This document shows, in pieces, positions 1 through 8,473 of a DNA stretch of 60,015 nucleotides; the first letter of the stretch is position 1; each line of letters opens with the position of its first letter. The DNA is from Gammaproteobacteria bacterium (GTDB taxonomy: Bacteria > Pseudomonadota > Gammaproteobacteria > Burkholderiales > SG8-39). The DNA is taken from assembly GCA_041496745.1 (NCBI GenBank), contig JBGQFF010000002.1, positions 1-60,015 of the forward strand, given 5' to 3'. The notes below the pieces were generated by a model. The model made no database searches, was not told where the DNA came from, and was given only the letters and a program-made list of their open reading frames with translations. Made by a program: the position numbers and the translations under genes.

Positions 1-971
<971 letters not shown>

Positions 972-988
<17 letters not shown>

Positions 989-2111
989 CTTGCATCAGCT
1001 TGGCGAAGCGATCGAACAGGTAGCCGATGTCGTGCGGCCCGGGGCTCGCTTCCGGATGCCCCTGGAAGCAGAACGCCGGCCGGTCGGTCCTCGCCAGCCC
1101 TTGCAAGGAACCGTCGAAGAGCGACACGTGCGTGGGCTTGAGCGTGGACGGCAAGCCCTTCGGGTCCACCGCGAAGCCGTGGTTCTGGCTGGTGATCACG
1201 ACCTGCCCGGTCTCCAGGTCCTTCACCGGGTGGTTGGCCCCGTGGTGCCCGAACTTCATCTTGAGCGTCTTCGCGCCGGAGGCGAGCCCCATCAGCTGGT
1301 GGCCGAGGCAGATGCCGAACACCGGCACGCGCGTCGTGTCGAGGATCTCGCCGACGGACTCGATGGCGTAGTCGCAGGCCTCGGGGTCGCCCGGGCCGTT
1401 GGACAGGAGCACCCCGTCCGGCTGCATGCGCAGCACCTCGCGCGCCGGGGTTTGCGCCGGCACCACGGTGATGTGCGCGCCGCGCTCGGCGAGCAGCCGC
1501 AGGATGTTCCTCTTGATGCCGTAGTCGTAGGCCACCACATGGAACGGCGCGTCCACCACGTGGCGGTACCCCTTGCCCAGCTCCCACTTGCCGTCGCGCC
1601 ATTCGTAGGGCTTGGGGGTGCTTACCACCTTGGCGAGATCCATGCCCGCAAGACCTGGGAACCTGCGCGCCTCGGCCAGCGCCTTGTCCACGTCCACGTT
1701 CCCCGCCATCAGGCAGCCGTTCTGCGCGCCCTTTTCCCGCAGGATGCGCGTGAGTTTCCTCGTGTCGATGTCGGCGATCGCCACCACGTTCTTCTCGACC
1801 AGGTACTGGGCGAGGCTTTGCTGCGCGCGCCAGCTGGAAGGCAGCGCCGGCACGTCGCGCACCACCAGGCCCGCGGCATGGACCTTCCCCGACTCCTCGT
1901 CCTCGGCATTGACGCCGGTGTTGCCGATGTGCGGGGCGGTCAGGGTGACGATCTGCCCGCAGTAGGACGGATCGGTGAGGATTTCCTGGTAGCCGGTCAT
2001 GGCGGTGTTGAACACCACCTCGCCGGCCGAGAGCCCCTGGGCGCCCACGCTGCGGCCCCGAAACACCGTCCCGTCGGCAAGGACGAGCACAGCGGTGTCG
2101 AGGGCAGGCAA
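972..2111 (-). CDS. carA: carbamoyl-phosphate synthase small (glutamine amidotransferase) subunit
   Basis: 379 aa beginning [24 protein letters not shown]..., with the GATase active-site region [16 protein letters not shown] start with GGGAG about 8 nt upstream. Lies immediately upstream of carB. Confidence 0.95.
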
Positions 2112-2135
2112 AGCACAACTCCCGGAGTAGATGTG

Positions 2136-2167
2136 AAAAAGCGGAAGAGGCTCACGCCCCTCCCGCT
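2136..2167 (-). terminator. Rho-independent terminator-like hairpin downstream of dapB, in the carA leader
   Basis: The minus strand reads AGCGGGAGGGG-cgtgag-CCTCTTCCGCT followed by TTTTCAC. This is an 11-bp stem (two G-U pairs), a 6-nt loop and a T-run, between the dapB stop (2197) and the carA start (2111). Confidence 0.55.
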
Positions 2168-2196
2168 CATTTGAGCGACGAATTATACCGCGCCGG

Positions 2197-2970
2197 CTAC
2201 TTCAGGCCAAGCACGTCGAACATGTCGTAGAGGCCGGGCCCCTTGCCCTTGAGCCATTTGGCGGCGCGTAGCGCGCCGGCGGCATAGGTCATGCGGCTTT
2301 GCGAGCGCACCGTCACCTCCACCCGCTCGCCGGCGCCGGCGAAGATCACCGTGTGCTCGCCGACGATGTCGCCGCCGCGGATGGCGTGGAAGCCGATCTC
2401 CTTGGCCGGCCTTTCGCCGGTGTCGCCCTCGCGCCCGTGCGTCGCCACTTGGCCGAGGTCCCGTCCCAGCGCCCCGGCCACCAGCTCGCCCAGCATCAGC
2501 GCGGTGCCGGAGGGCGCGTCCACCTTGTGCCGGTGGTGCGCCTCGACGATCTCGACGTCGTAGGCGTCGCCCAGCGCCTTGGCGGCGGTCTGGGCAAGCC
2601 GGAACACGACGTTCACGCCGATGGCGAAGTTGGGCGACAGGACGACAGGGATGCGCTTCGCGCCGTCCGCGATGCGCGCCTTCTGCGCCTCGGCGAACCC
2701 CGTGGTGCCGATGACCATGCCCTTACCCTGCTTCAGGCAAGCGTCCAGGTGCGCCAAGGTGCCTGCAGGGCGGGTGAAGTCGATCAGCACGTCCGCCGCC
2801 GCGATCGCCGCCAGGTCCGCGCCGATTTTCAGGCCCCCGGCCGTGCGCCCGATCGCCGGGCTGCCCGCGGCATCGAGCGCCGCCGCCAGTTGCAGGTCCC
2901 GGTCGGCCAGCACCGCCTCGATCAGCGCCTGCCCCATGCGGCCGCCCGCGCCCGCGATCGCCACCTTCAT
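2197..2970 (-). CDS. dapB: 4-hydroxy-tetrahydrodipicolinate reductase
   Basis: 257 aa beginning [20 protein letters not shown] (NAD(P)-binding GxGxxG). Contains the conserved [15 protein letters not shown] motif. Confidence 0.95.
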   Translation of the reverse strand: MKVAIAGAGGRMGQALIEAVLADRDLQLAAALDAAGSPAIGRTAGGLKIGADLAAIAAADVLIDFTRPAGTLAHLDACLKQGKGMVIGTTGFAEAQKARIADGAKRIPVVLSPNFAIGVNVVFRLAQTAAKALGDAYDVEIVEAHHRHKVDAPSGTALMLGELVAGALGRDLGQVATHGREGDTGERPAKEIGFHAIRGGDIVGEHTVIFAGAGERVEVTVRSQSRMTYAAGALRAAKWLKGKGPGLYDMFDVLGLK

Positions 2971-3314
2971 TGCGTTTGCCCTTTCCCCTCGCCCGCAGGC
3001 GCCACGTCGCCGTCCACCCGCGCCAGCCTGCCGTCCTGGAAAAACACCGCGAGCCGCCGCCGCTCGCGCGGCTGGCCGCGCCGGTCGAGCCAGTACACGT
3101 AGTCCCAGCGCTCGGCGTGGAAGATGTCGGTAAGCAACGGCGTCCCGAGGAGGTAGCGCACCTGCTCTTTGCTCATTCCGGGCTTGAGCTGCGAGACCAT
3201 TTCCTGCGTCACGTTGTTTCCCTGCTGGATGTCCATGCGGTAAGGCGCCATGAAATCGGGCAGCGCGCAGGCGGCGAGCAGCAGCGCGAGGGCGAGCGGA
3301 AGCGCGCGAGGCAT
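2967..3314 (-). CDS. bamE: outer membrane protein assembly factor BamE (SmpA/OmlA lipoprotein)
   Basis: I chose the internal ATG at 3314 of track ORF 2967..3419. The product starts [16 protein letters not shown] (lipobox LAAC), then ...[35 protein letters not shown], typical of BamE. Overlaps the dapB start by 4 nt. Confidence 0.8.
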   Translation of the reverse strand: MPRALPLALALLLAACALPDFMAPYRMDIQQGNNVTQEMVSQLKPGMSKEQVRYLLGTPLLTDIFHAERWDYVYWLDRRGQPRERRRLAVFFQDGRLARVDGDVAPAGEGKGQTQ

Positions 3315-3319
3315 AAGCC

Positions 3320-3338
3320 TATAATGATAAGCGATGAA
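3320..3338. promoter_or_regulatory. Fur-box-like sequence / TATAAT hexamer in the 19-nt bamE-fur divergent spacer
   Basis: tATAATGATAAgCgaTgaa matches the 19-bp Fur consensus GATAATGATAATCATTATC at 12/19 positions (10/11 in the left half). TATAAT at 3320-3325 ends 8 nt before the fur ATG (3334). No Shine-Dalgarno is present. Confidence 0.4.
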
Positions 3339-3774
3339 CTCGGCGCAAAGCCTCAAGGACAGCGGGCTCAAGGCCACCCTGCCGCGGCGCAAGGTGCTGG
3401 AGCTGTTCGAGCACAGCAAGGTGCGCCACTTGTCCGCCGAGGACGTCTACAAAAGCCTGTTAGCGGAAGGCATCGACATCGGCCTCGCCACCGTGTACCG
3501 GGTGCTCACGCAGTTCGAGCAGGCGGGGCTGCTCGCGCGCCAGCATTTCGAGACCGGCAAGGCGGTGTTCGAGCTGAACCAGGGCGGGCATCATGACCAC
3601 CTGGTCTGCCTGCAGTGCGGGCGCGTCGAGGAGTTCTACGACGCCGAGATCGAGCAACGCCAGAGCGAGGTGGCGCATAAGGGCGGCTTCGAGCTGCGCG
3701 GCCACTCGCTCGCCCTGTACGGCGACTGCACCAAGCAGGACTGCCCGAACCGCAAGGACCTAGGCGGCGCCTAG
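3334..3774 (+). CDS. fur: ferric uptake regulator
   Basis: 146 aa with ...[16 protein letters not shown]...DVYKSLL...[15 protein letters not shown]...[16 protein letters not shown]. This gives a winged-helix domain plus Fur metal-site motifs. Confidence 0.95.
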   Translation: MNSAQSLKDSGLKATLPRRKVLELFEHSKVRHLSAEDVYKSLLAEGIDIGLATVYRVLTQFEQAGLLARQHFETGKAVFELNQGGHHDHLVCLQCGRVEEFYDAEIEQRQSEVAHKGGFELRGHSLALYGDCTKQDCPNRKDLGGA

Positions 3775-5418
3775 CATCTCCGCCGCGTGCCGGCGCGTGG
3801 TGGCGGTGATTTCCGCGCCGCCCAGCATCCGGGCCAGTTCCTCGATCCTCCCCGCGCGGTCCAGCCGCGCGGTGCCGACCACGACCTTGCCGCGCGCGGC
3901 CGAGCGCACCACCGTCCACTGTTCGTCGCCTTGCGCCGCCACCTGCGGCAGGTGGGTCACGCACAGCACCTGCCGGTCCTTGCCGAGCTTCTTCAGCGCG
4001 CGGCCCACCGTCTCCGCCACGGCGCCGCCGATGCCGGCGTCCACCTCGTCGAATACCAGGGTGGCGACCGGCGAGGCCTTGGCCGTGACCAGCTGGAGCG
4101 CGAGGCTCACCCGGGACAGCTCGCCGCCCGAGGCCACTTTGGCGAGCGGCCGAAGGGGCAGGCTGGGATGCGAGGACACTTCGAAGTCGACCTCTTCCAT
4201 GCCCGCCGCGGTGGGCGCCTCGAGCGCGCGCAGCGCCACCGAAAAGCGCCCGCCCTTCATCGCCAGCTGCTGCATGCCTTCCGTGACCGCCTCGGACAGG
4301 GCCCGTGCCGTGCCCTTGCGCTTCGCCGAGAGTTTCTTCGCCGCCGCGCCGTAGCGTCCTGCGGCGGCCGCCACTTCGCGCTTGAGCGCCTCGGGCGAAG
4401 CCGCCAGGTCGAGGTCCTTGAGCCGCGCGCGCAGCGACTCGGCGAGGCTCGCCAGCTCTTCGGGCCGCACGCGGAACCTGCGCCCGGCGGCGTGCAGCGC
4501 GTCGATCCTCGCCTCGGCCTCGTGCAGGGCCTGCGGGTCGAGCTCGACGCGCGTGGCGTACTGGCGCAGCGCGCGCACCGCTTCGCCGGCCTGTGCCTCG
4601 GCCGACTCGAGCAGCTCGACGATCGCCACCAGCTGCGCGTCGTGCTGCGCGAGGGACCTCAGCCGCGACGCCACCGCCGCGAGCTGCGGCAGGCTCGCGC
4701 GTTCCGCTTCCGACAGCGTCTCGAGCGAGGACTGCGCCCCGGCGAGCAGGCTTGAGCCGTGCGCGAGCCTCTGGTGCTCGGCGGCCAGGCGCTCCCACTC
4801 GAGCGCCGCCGGCGCGAGCTGGTCCAGCACCGCCACCTTGTCCTGCAGCTCGGCGCGCTCGGCCTCGCGCTGCGCGTACTGCTGCTCGGCCTCGGCGGCG
4901 AGCGCCTGCAACCGCATCCAGTCGCGCCAAGCCGCGGCGCAGTCGCGCGCCAGCCCCTCGGCGCCGCCGTGCGCGTCCAGCAGCTCGCGCTGCGCGGCCG
5001 GCCGCAGCAGCGACTGGTGCGCATGCTGGCCGTGGATGTCCACCAGGAACTCGCCGGTTTCGCGCACTTGCGCGAGCGTCGCGGCGTGCCCGTTGATGAA
5101 GCAGCGCGAGCGTCCCGCGGCGTCGATGGTGCGGCGCAGGATCAGACTGCCGGGATCGCCCTCCAGCCCGGCCTGCGCGATCCAGGCGGCGAGCGCCGAT
5201 CCGGCCGCGACCTCGAACTCAGCCGACAGCTCGGCGCGCTCGGCGCCCTCGCGCACCAGCGCGGACTCCGCGCGGCCGCCGACCAGCAGCTCGAGCGCGT
5301 CCACCAGGACGGACTTGCCGGCCCCGGTTTCGCCGCTCAGCACGGTGAAGGCGGCCGCCGGCTCCAGCTCGACGCGCTCGGCGATGACGTAGTCGCGGAC
5401 CGACAGGACGCGGAGCAT
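3760..5418 (-). CDS. recN: DNA repair protein RecN
   Basis: ATG at 5418 lies inside the composite track ORF 3760..6360. The product reads [42 protein letters not shown] (Walker A), followed by a long coiled-coil and a C-terminal signature region ([13 protein letters not shown]...[10 protein letters not shown]). 552 aa. Its 3' end overlaps fur by 15 nt, convergently. Confidence 0.93.
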   Translation of the reverse strand: MLRVLSVRDYVIAERVELEPAAAFTVLSGETGAGKSVLVDALELLVGGRAESALVREGAERAELSAEFEVAAGSALAAWIAQAGLEGDPGSLILRRTIDAAGRSRCFINGHAATLAQVRETGEFLVDIHGQHAHQSLLRPAAQRELLDAHGGAEGLARDCAAAWRDWMRLQALAAEAEQQYAQREAERAELQDKVAVLDQLAPAALEWERLAAEHQRLAHGSSLLAGAQSSLETLSEAERASLPQLAAVASRLRSLAQHDAQLVAIVELLESAEAQAGEAVRALRQYATRVELDPQALHEAEARIDALHAAGRRFRVRPEELASLAESLRARLKDLDLAASPEALKREVAAAAGRYGAAAKKLSAKRKGTARALSEAVTEGMQQLAMKGGRFSVALRALEAPTAAGMEEVDFEVSSHPSLPLRPLAKVASGGELSRVSLALQLVTAKASPVATLVFDEVDAGIGGAVAETVGRALKKLGKDRQVLCVTHLPQVAAQGDEQWTVVRSAARGKVVVGTARLDRAGRIEELARMLGGAEITATTRRHAAEMLGAA

Positions 5419-5423
5419 CGGAA

Positions 5424-6314
5424 TCAATCGGGATCGGAGCCCATTTCCGCCGACTCGCTCCAGTTCAGCTTCTCGCGCAGCATGGCGAAGTAGCTGTAGC
5501 CCGGCGGGTGCACGAAGCGGATGGCGTGCGCCGAGCGCTTGAGCACCAGCCGGTCGCCTTCGGCCATGTCGGTGAGGGCGAAACCGTCGAAATGCGCGCG
5601 CGCGTCCACCGCGCGCAGCAGCGCGATCTCGATGGTGCTTCGCTCGCTGACGCTCACCGGCCGCGCCGACAGCACGTGCGGGTTGAGTGGCACCAGCGCG
5701 AACGCGGCCACCCCCGGCTGCAGGATCGGGCCCTGCGCCGAAAGCGCGTACGCCGTGGAGCCGGTGGGCGTGGCGACGATCACCCCGTCGGCGCGCAGCC
5801 GGTAGACGTACTCGCCGTCGATGCGCACCTCGAACTCGATCAACCGCCCCTGCGAGCCCTTGCCGAGCACCGCTTCGTTGAGGGCCACCGTGCGCAGCAG
5901 GCTCCTGCCGGCGCGCAGGATCTCGGCGTCCAGCAGCGCGCGCTCCTCGATCAGGTACTGGCCCTCCAGGATCGCCCCCACCGAGGCGCGGATGTCCTTC
6001 AGCGCGATGTCGGTCATGAAGCCGACGCGCCCCTGGTTGATGCCGACGAGCGGCACCTTGTGGCGCGCCAGGTTGCGCGCCGCCGCGAGCATGGTGCCGT
6101 CGCCCCCCAGCACGATGGCCAGGTCGGCGAAGGCGCCGATCTCGTCGTAGCTCGCCGCGCCCTCGCCGTTGCCGATGCGCGCCGCGGTTTCGCGCTCCAC
6201 GCGCACCTCGCAGCCGCGCGCGCGCAGCAACTCTCGCAGCCCGCGCAGCGACTCGGCGATCTCCGCCGTGTGCTTGCCGATCAGCGCGACGCGGCGGAAC
6301 GCGGCTTTTGGCAT
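5424..6314 (-). CDS. nadK: NAD(+) kinase
   Basis: 296 aa with the GGDGT motif ([16 protein letters not shown]) and [10 protein letters not shown]. Confidence 0.92.
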   Translation of the reverse strand: MPKAAFRRVALIGKHTAEIAESLRGLRELLRARGCEVRVERETAARIGNGEGAASYDEIGAFADLAIVLGGDGTMLAAARNLARHKVPLVGINQGRVGFMTDIALKDIRASVGAILEGQYLIEERALLDAEILRAGRSLLRTVALNEAVLGKGSQGRLIEFEVRIDGEYVYRLRADGVIVATPTGSTAYALSAQGPILQPGVAAFALVPLNPHVLSARPVSVSERSTIEIALLRAVDARAHFDGFALTDMAEGDRLVLKRSAHAIRFVHPPGYSYFAMLREKLNWSESAEMGSDPD

Positions 6315-6318
6315 CGCC

Positions 6319-6344
6319 GCATTTTAACCGCATGTGTAAAATGC
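6319..6344. promoter_or_regulatory. perfect 8-bp inverted repeat GCATTTTA-N10-TAAAATGC in the 35-nt nadK/hrcA divergent spacer
   Basis: Seen directly. Each arm reads TAAAAT toward the adjacent gene and ends 6-7 nt from that gene's ATG (nadK 6314, hrcA 6350). Neither start has a Shine-Dalgarno. Confidence 0.45.
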
Positions 6345-6349
6345 GCCGC

Positions 6350-7369
6350 ATGCTCGACAAACGCGCGCAGTTGCTGCTGAAGACGCTGGTCGAGCGCTAC
6401 ATCGCCGAGGGCCAGCCGGTCGGCTCGCGCACGCTGTCCAGGCATTCCGGGCTGGACCTGTCGCCCGCCACCATCCGCAACGTGATGTCGGACCTGGAGG
6501 AGCTGGGCTTGATCTCCAGCCCGCACACCTCCGCCGGGCGGGTGCCGACGCCGGCCGGCTACCGCTTCTTCGTCGACACGCTGCTGGTGATGAAACCCCT
6601 CGGCTCGGGCGAGCAGCGCCAGCTGCAAGACCAGCTGCACCCGGACAGCCCGCAGCGCGCGATCCAGTCGGCTTCCCAATTGCTGTCGCAACTCACCCAG
6701 TTCGCCGGCGTGGTGATGACCCCGCGCCGGCGCGCGCTCGCCTTCCGCCAGATCGAGTTCCTGCGCCTGTCGGAGAAGCGCGTGCTGCTGATCGTGGTGA
6801 CGCAGGACGGCGACGTGCAGAACCGGGTGCTGTTCACCGAGCGCGACTACTCGCCCGCCGAGCTGGTCTCGGCGGCCAACTTCATCAACCAGAACTACGC
6901 CGGGCAGAGCTTCGAGCAGGTGCGCCAGCACCTGCACCAGGAGCTGCACCAGATCCGCCAGGACATGATGCAGCTGATGAGCGCCGCGCTCGAGGCCGGC
7001 GACCGCGCGGTGGCCGAGGGCAGCGAGCCCTACGTCATCTCGGGCGAGCGCAACCTGCTCGCGGCGCAGGAGCTGTCGCAGGGCATGGGCCGCATGCGCC
7101 AGCTGTTCGAGCTGTTCGAGCACAAGACCACGCTGCTGCAGATCCTGGACCTGTCTCTGCGCGGCCAGGGCGTGCAGGTGTTCATCGGCGGCGAGTCTGG
7201 CGTCAGCGCGCCCGACGAGGTGAGCGTGGTGACTGCCCCCTACAAGGTGGACGGCGAGGTGGTCGGCACGGTGGGCGTGATCGGGCCCTCGCGCATGGCC
7301 TACGACCGCGTGGTGCCGATCGTGGATATCACCGCCAAGCTGCTTTCCAGCGCGCTGTCCAAGCCCTGA
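6350..7369 (+). CDS. hrcA: heat-inducible transcription repressor HrcA
   Basis: [67 protein letters not shown] is the canonical HrcA N-terminus. I chose the start at the third in-frame ATG (6350) by similarity to typical HrcA starts. The track ORF begins at 6308. Confidence 0.9.
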   Translation: MLDKRAQLLLKTLVERYIAEGQPVGSRTLSRHSGLDLSPATIRNVMSDLEELGLISSPHTSAGRVPTPAGYRFFVDTLLVMKPLGSGEQRQLQDQLHPDSPQRAIQSASQLLSQLTQFAGVVMTPRRRALAFRQIEFLRLSEKRVLLIVVTQDGDVQNRVLFTERDYSPAELVSAANFINQNYAGQSFEQVRQHLHQELHQIRQDMMQLMSAALEAGDRAVAEGSEPYVISGERNLLAAQELSQGMGRMRQLFELFEHKTTLLQILDLSLRGQGVQVFIGGESGVSAPDEVSVVTAPYKVDGEVVGTVGVIGPSRMAYDRVVPIVDITAKLLSSALSKP

Positions 7370-8259
7370 ACGGCATCCTCCTAGTCAACCTCGGTACGCC
7401 GGCGGCGCCTACGCCCGCGGCGGTGCGCGCCTACCTCGCCGAGTTCCTCGCCGATCCGCGCGTGGTCGAGCTGCCGCGCTGGCTCTGGCTGCCCATCCTG
7501 CACGGCATCGTGCTGCGCAAGCGCCCGGCGCAGTCGGCGCAGAAGTACGCCAAGGTCTGGACGCCGGAGGGCTCGCCGCTGGCGGTGCACACCCGCAAGC
7601 AAGCGAGGTTGCTGCACGAGGCCACGGGCCTGCCGGTCGAATACGCCATGCGCTATGGCGAGCCGAGCATCGCTGGCGTGCTGCAGAGGCTTCCCGGAAA
7701 GGTGCGCGTCGTTCCGCTGTATCCCCAATACGCGCGCAGCACCGCGGAATCGATCCGCGACGTGGTCGGGAGCAAGATGGACTTTGTCGAGCAATTCCAC
7801 GACCACCCGGGCTACATCGCGGCGCTCGCCGCACTGGTGCAGGACAGGCCCGACGTGCTGGTGATGAGCTTCCACGGCCTGCCGCAGCGCGCGGTGGAGC
7901 GCGGCGATCCCTACCGCGCGCAGTGCGAACGCACCGCGCGGCTCCTCGCCGAGGCGCTGCAGCTCAAGCCCGGCGAGTACCGCGTCGCCTTCCAGTCGCG
8001 CTTCGGCCCGGCGCGCTGGCTGCAGCCTTACACCGCGGAAGTGTTGGCGCAACTCGGCGCGCAACGCACGCGCCGCGTGCACGTGATCTGCCCGGGATTC
8101 GTGGCCGACTGCCTGGAAACGCTGGAGGAGATCGCGATCGAGGGAAAGAAGACCTTCCTCGACGCGGGCGGCGGGGAGTTCCGCGCCCTGCCCTGCCTGA
8201 ACGAATCGCCGCGCTGGATCGCGGCGCTGAAGGACATCGCTACTCGGTCTTCTTCTTGA
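7366..8259 (+). CDS. hemH: ferrochelatase (start codon uncertain)
   Basis: Track ORF 7423..8259 (…[11 protein letters not shown]…PLYPQYA…SFHGLP…FQSRFG…[14 protein letters not shown]) is clearly ferrochelatase. The same frame upstream encodes the conserved N-terminus [19 protein letters not shown] with no ATG/GTG/TTG. 7366 is a candidate CTG overlapping the hrcA TGA. Confidence 0.85.
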   Translation: MNGILLVNLGTPAAPTPAAVRAYLAEFLADPRVVELPRWLWLPILHGIVLRKRPAQSAQKYAKVWTPEGSPLAVHTRKQARLLHEATGLPVEYAMRYGEPSIAGVLQRLPGKVRVVPLYPQYARSTAESIRDVVGSKMDFVEQFHDHPGYIAALAALVQDRPDVLVMSFHGLPQRAVERGDPYRAQCERTARLLAEALQLKPGEYRVAFQSRFGPARWLQPYTAEVLAQLGAQRTRRVHVICPGFVADCLETLEEIAIEGKKTFLDAGGGEFRALPCLNESPRWIAALKDIATRSSS

Positions 8260-8464
8260 TCCATTCGCCGGTCTTGTCGGCGGCGCGGTTCACCGCCTTG
8301 CCGGCGCGCTTTCCCGCGCGCTCGACCGCGTTCCCGGCGCGGTCCAGCGCCTTGCCGGTGGCCTTCCCGGCGCGCTCGACGGCGTTGCCCTTGGACTTCT
8401 CGTCCGCGGCGTGCGCCGGCACCGCCACCGGCAGCAACATCAGCATCAGGATCCAGTGCTTCAT
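8240..8464 (-). CDS. small exported protein with degenerate xVERAGK/xLDRAG repeats (hypothetical)
   Basis: 74 aa. Signal peptide MKHWILMLMLLPVAVPAHA|AD, followed by a Lys/Ala/Gly-rich mature part: [48 protein letters not shown] perfect AGGAGG (8470-8475) lies 5 nt upstream of the ATG and overlaps the upstream kinase stop. Confidence 0.65.
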   Translation of the reverse strand: MKHWILMLMLLPVAVPAHAADEKSKGNAVERAGKATGKALDRAGNAVERAGKRAGKAVNRAADKTGEWIKKKTE

Positions 8465-8473
8465 CGTCGCCTC

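Noticed and set aside
3760-3774. Convergent 3'-end overlaps: fur/recN (15 nt), hemH/small ORF (8240-8259, 20 nt) and binding protein/cysS (23284-23287, 4 nt). I considered these as possible antisense-regulation modules.
   Set aside because: Short convergent overlaps are common in compact, GC-rich genomes. Nothing in the sequence, such as conserved structures, singles these out. I note them only as a reason why no terminators can be placed there.
3506-4930. A 474-aa Arg/Ala/Gly-rich ORF, plus several 100-330-aa ORFs, overlapping recN in other frames.
   Set aside because: The recN frame carries Walker A, the coiled-coil and the signature motifs. The others are compositional artefacts.
6315-6349. 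A search for a canonical CIRCE operator (TTAGCACTC-N9-GAGTGCTAA) near hrcA, grpE and dnaK.
   Set aside because: None is visible in the intergenic regions I inspected (6315-6349, 18291-18496, 21021-21099). The palindrome at 6319-6344 has CIRCE-like geometry but an unrelated sequence, so I did not call it CIRCE.
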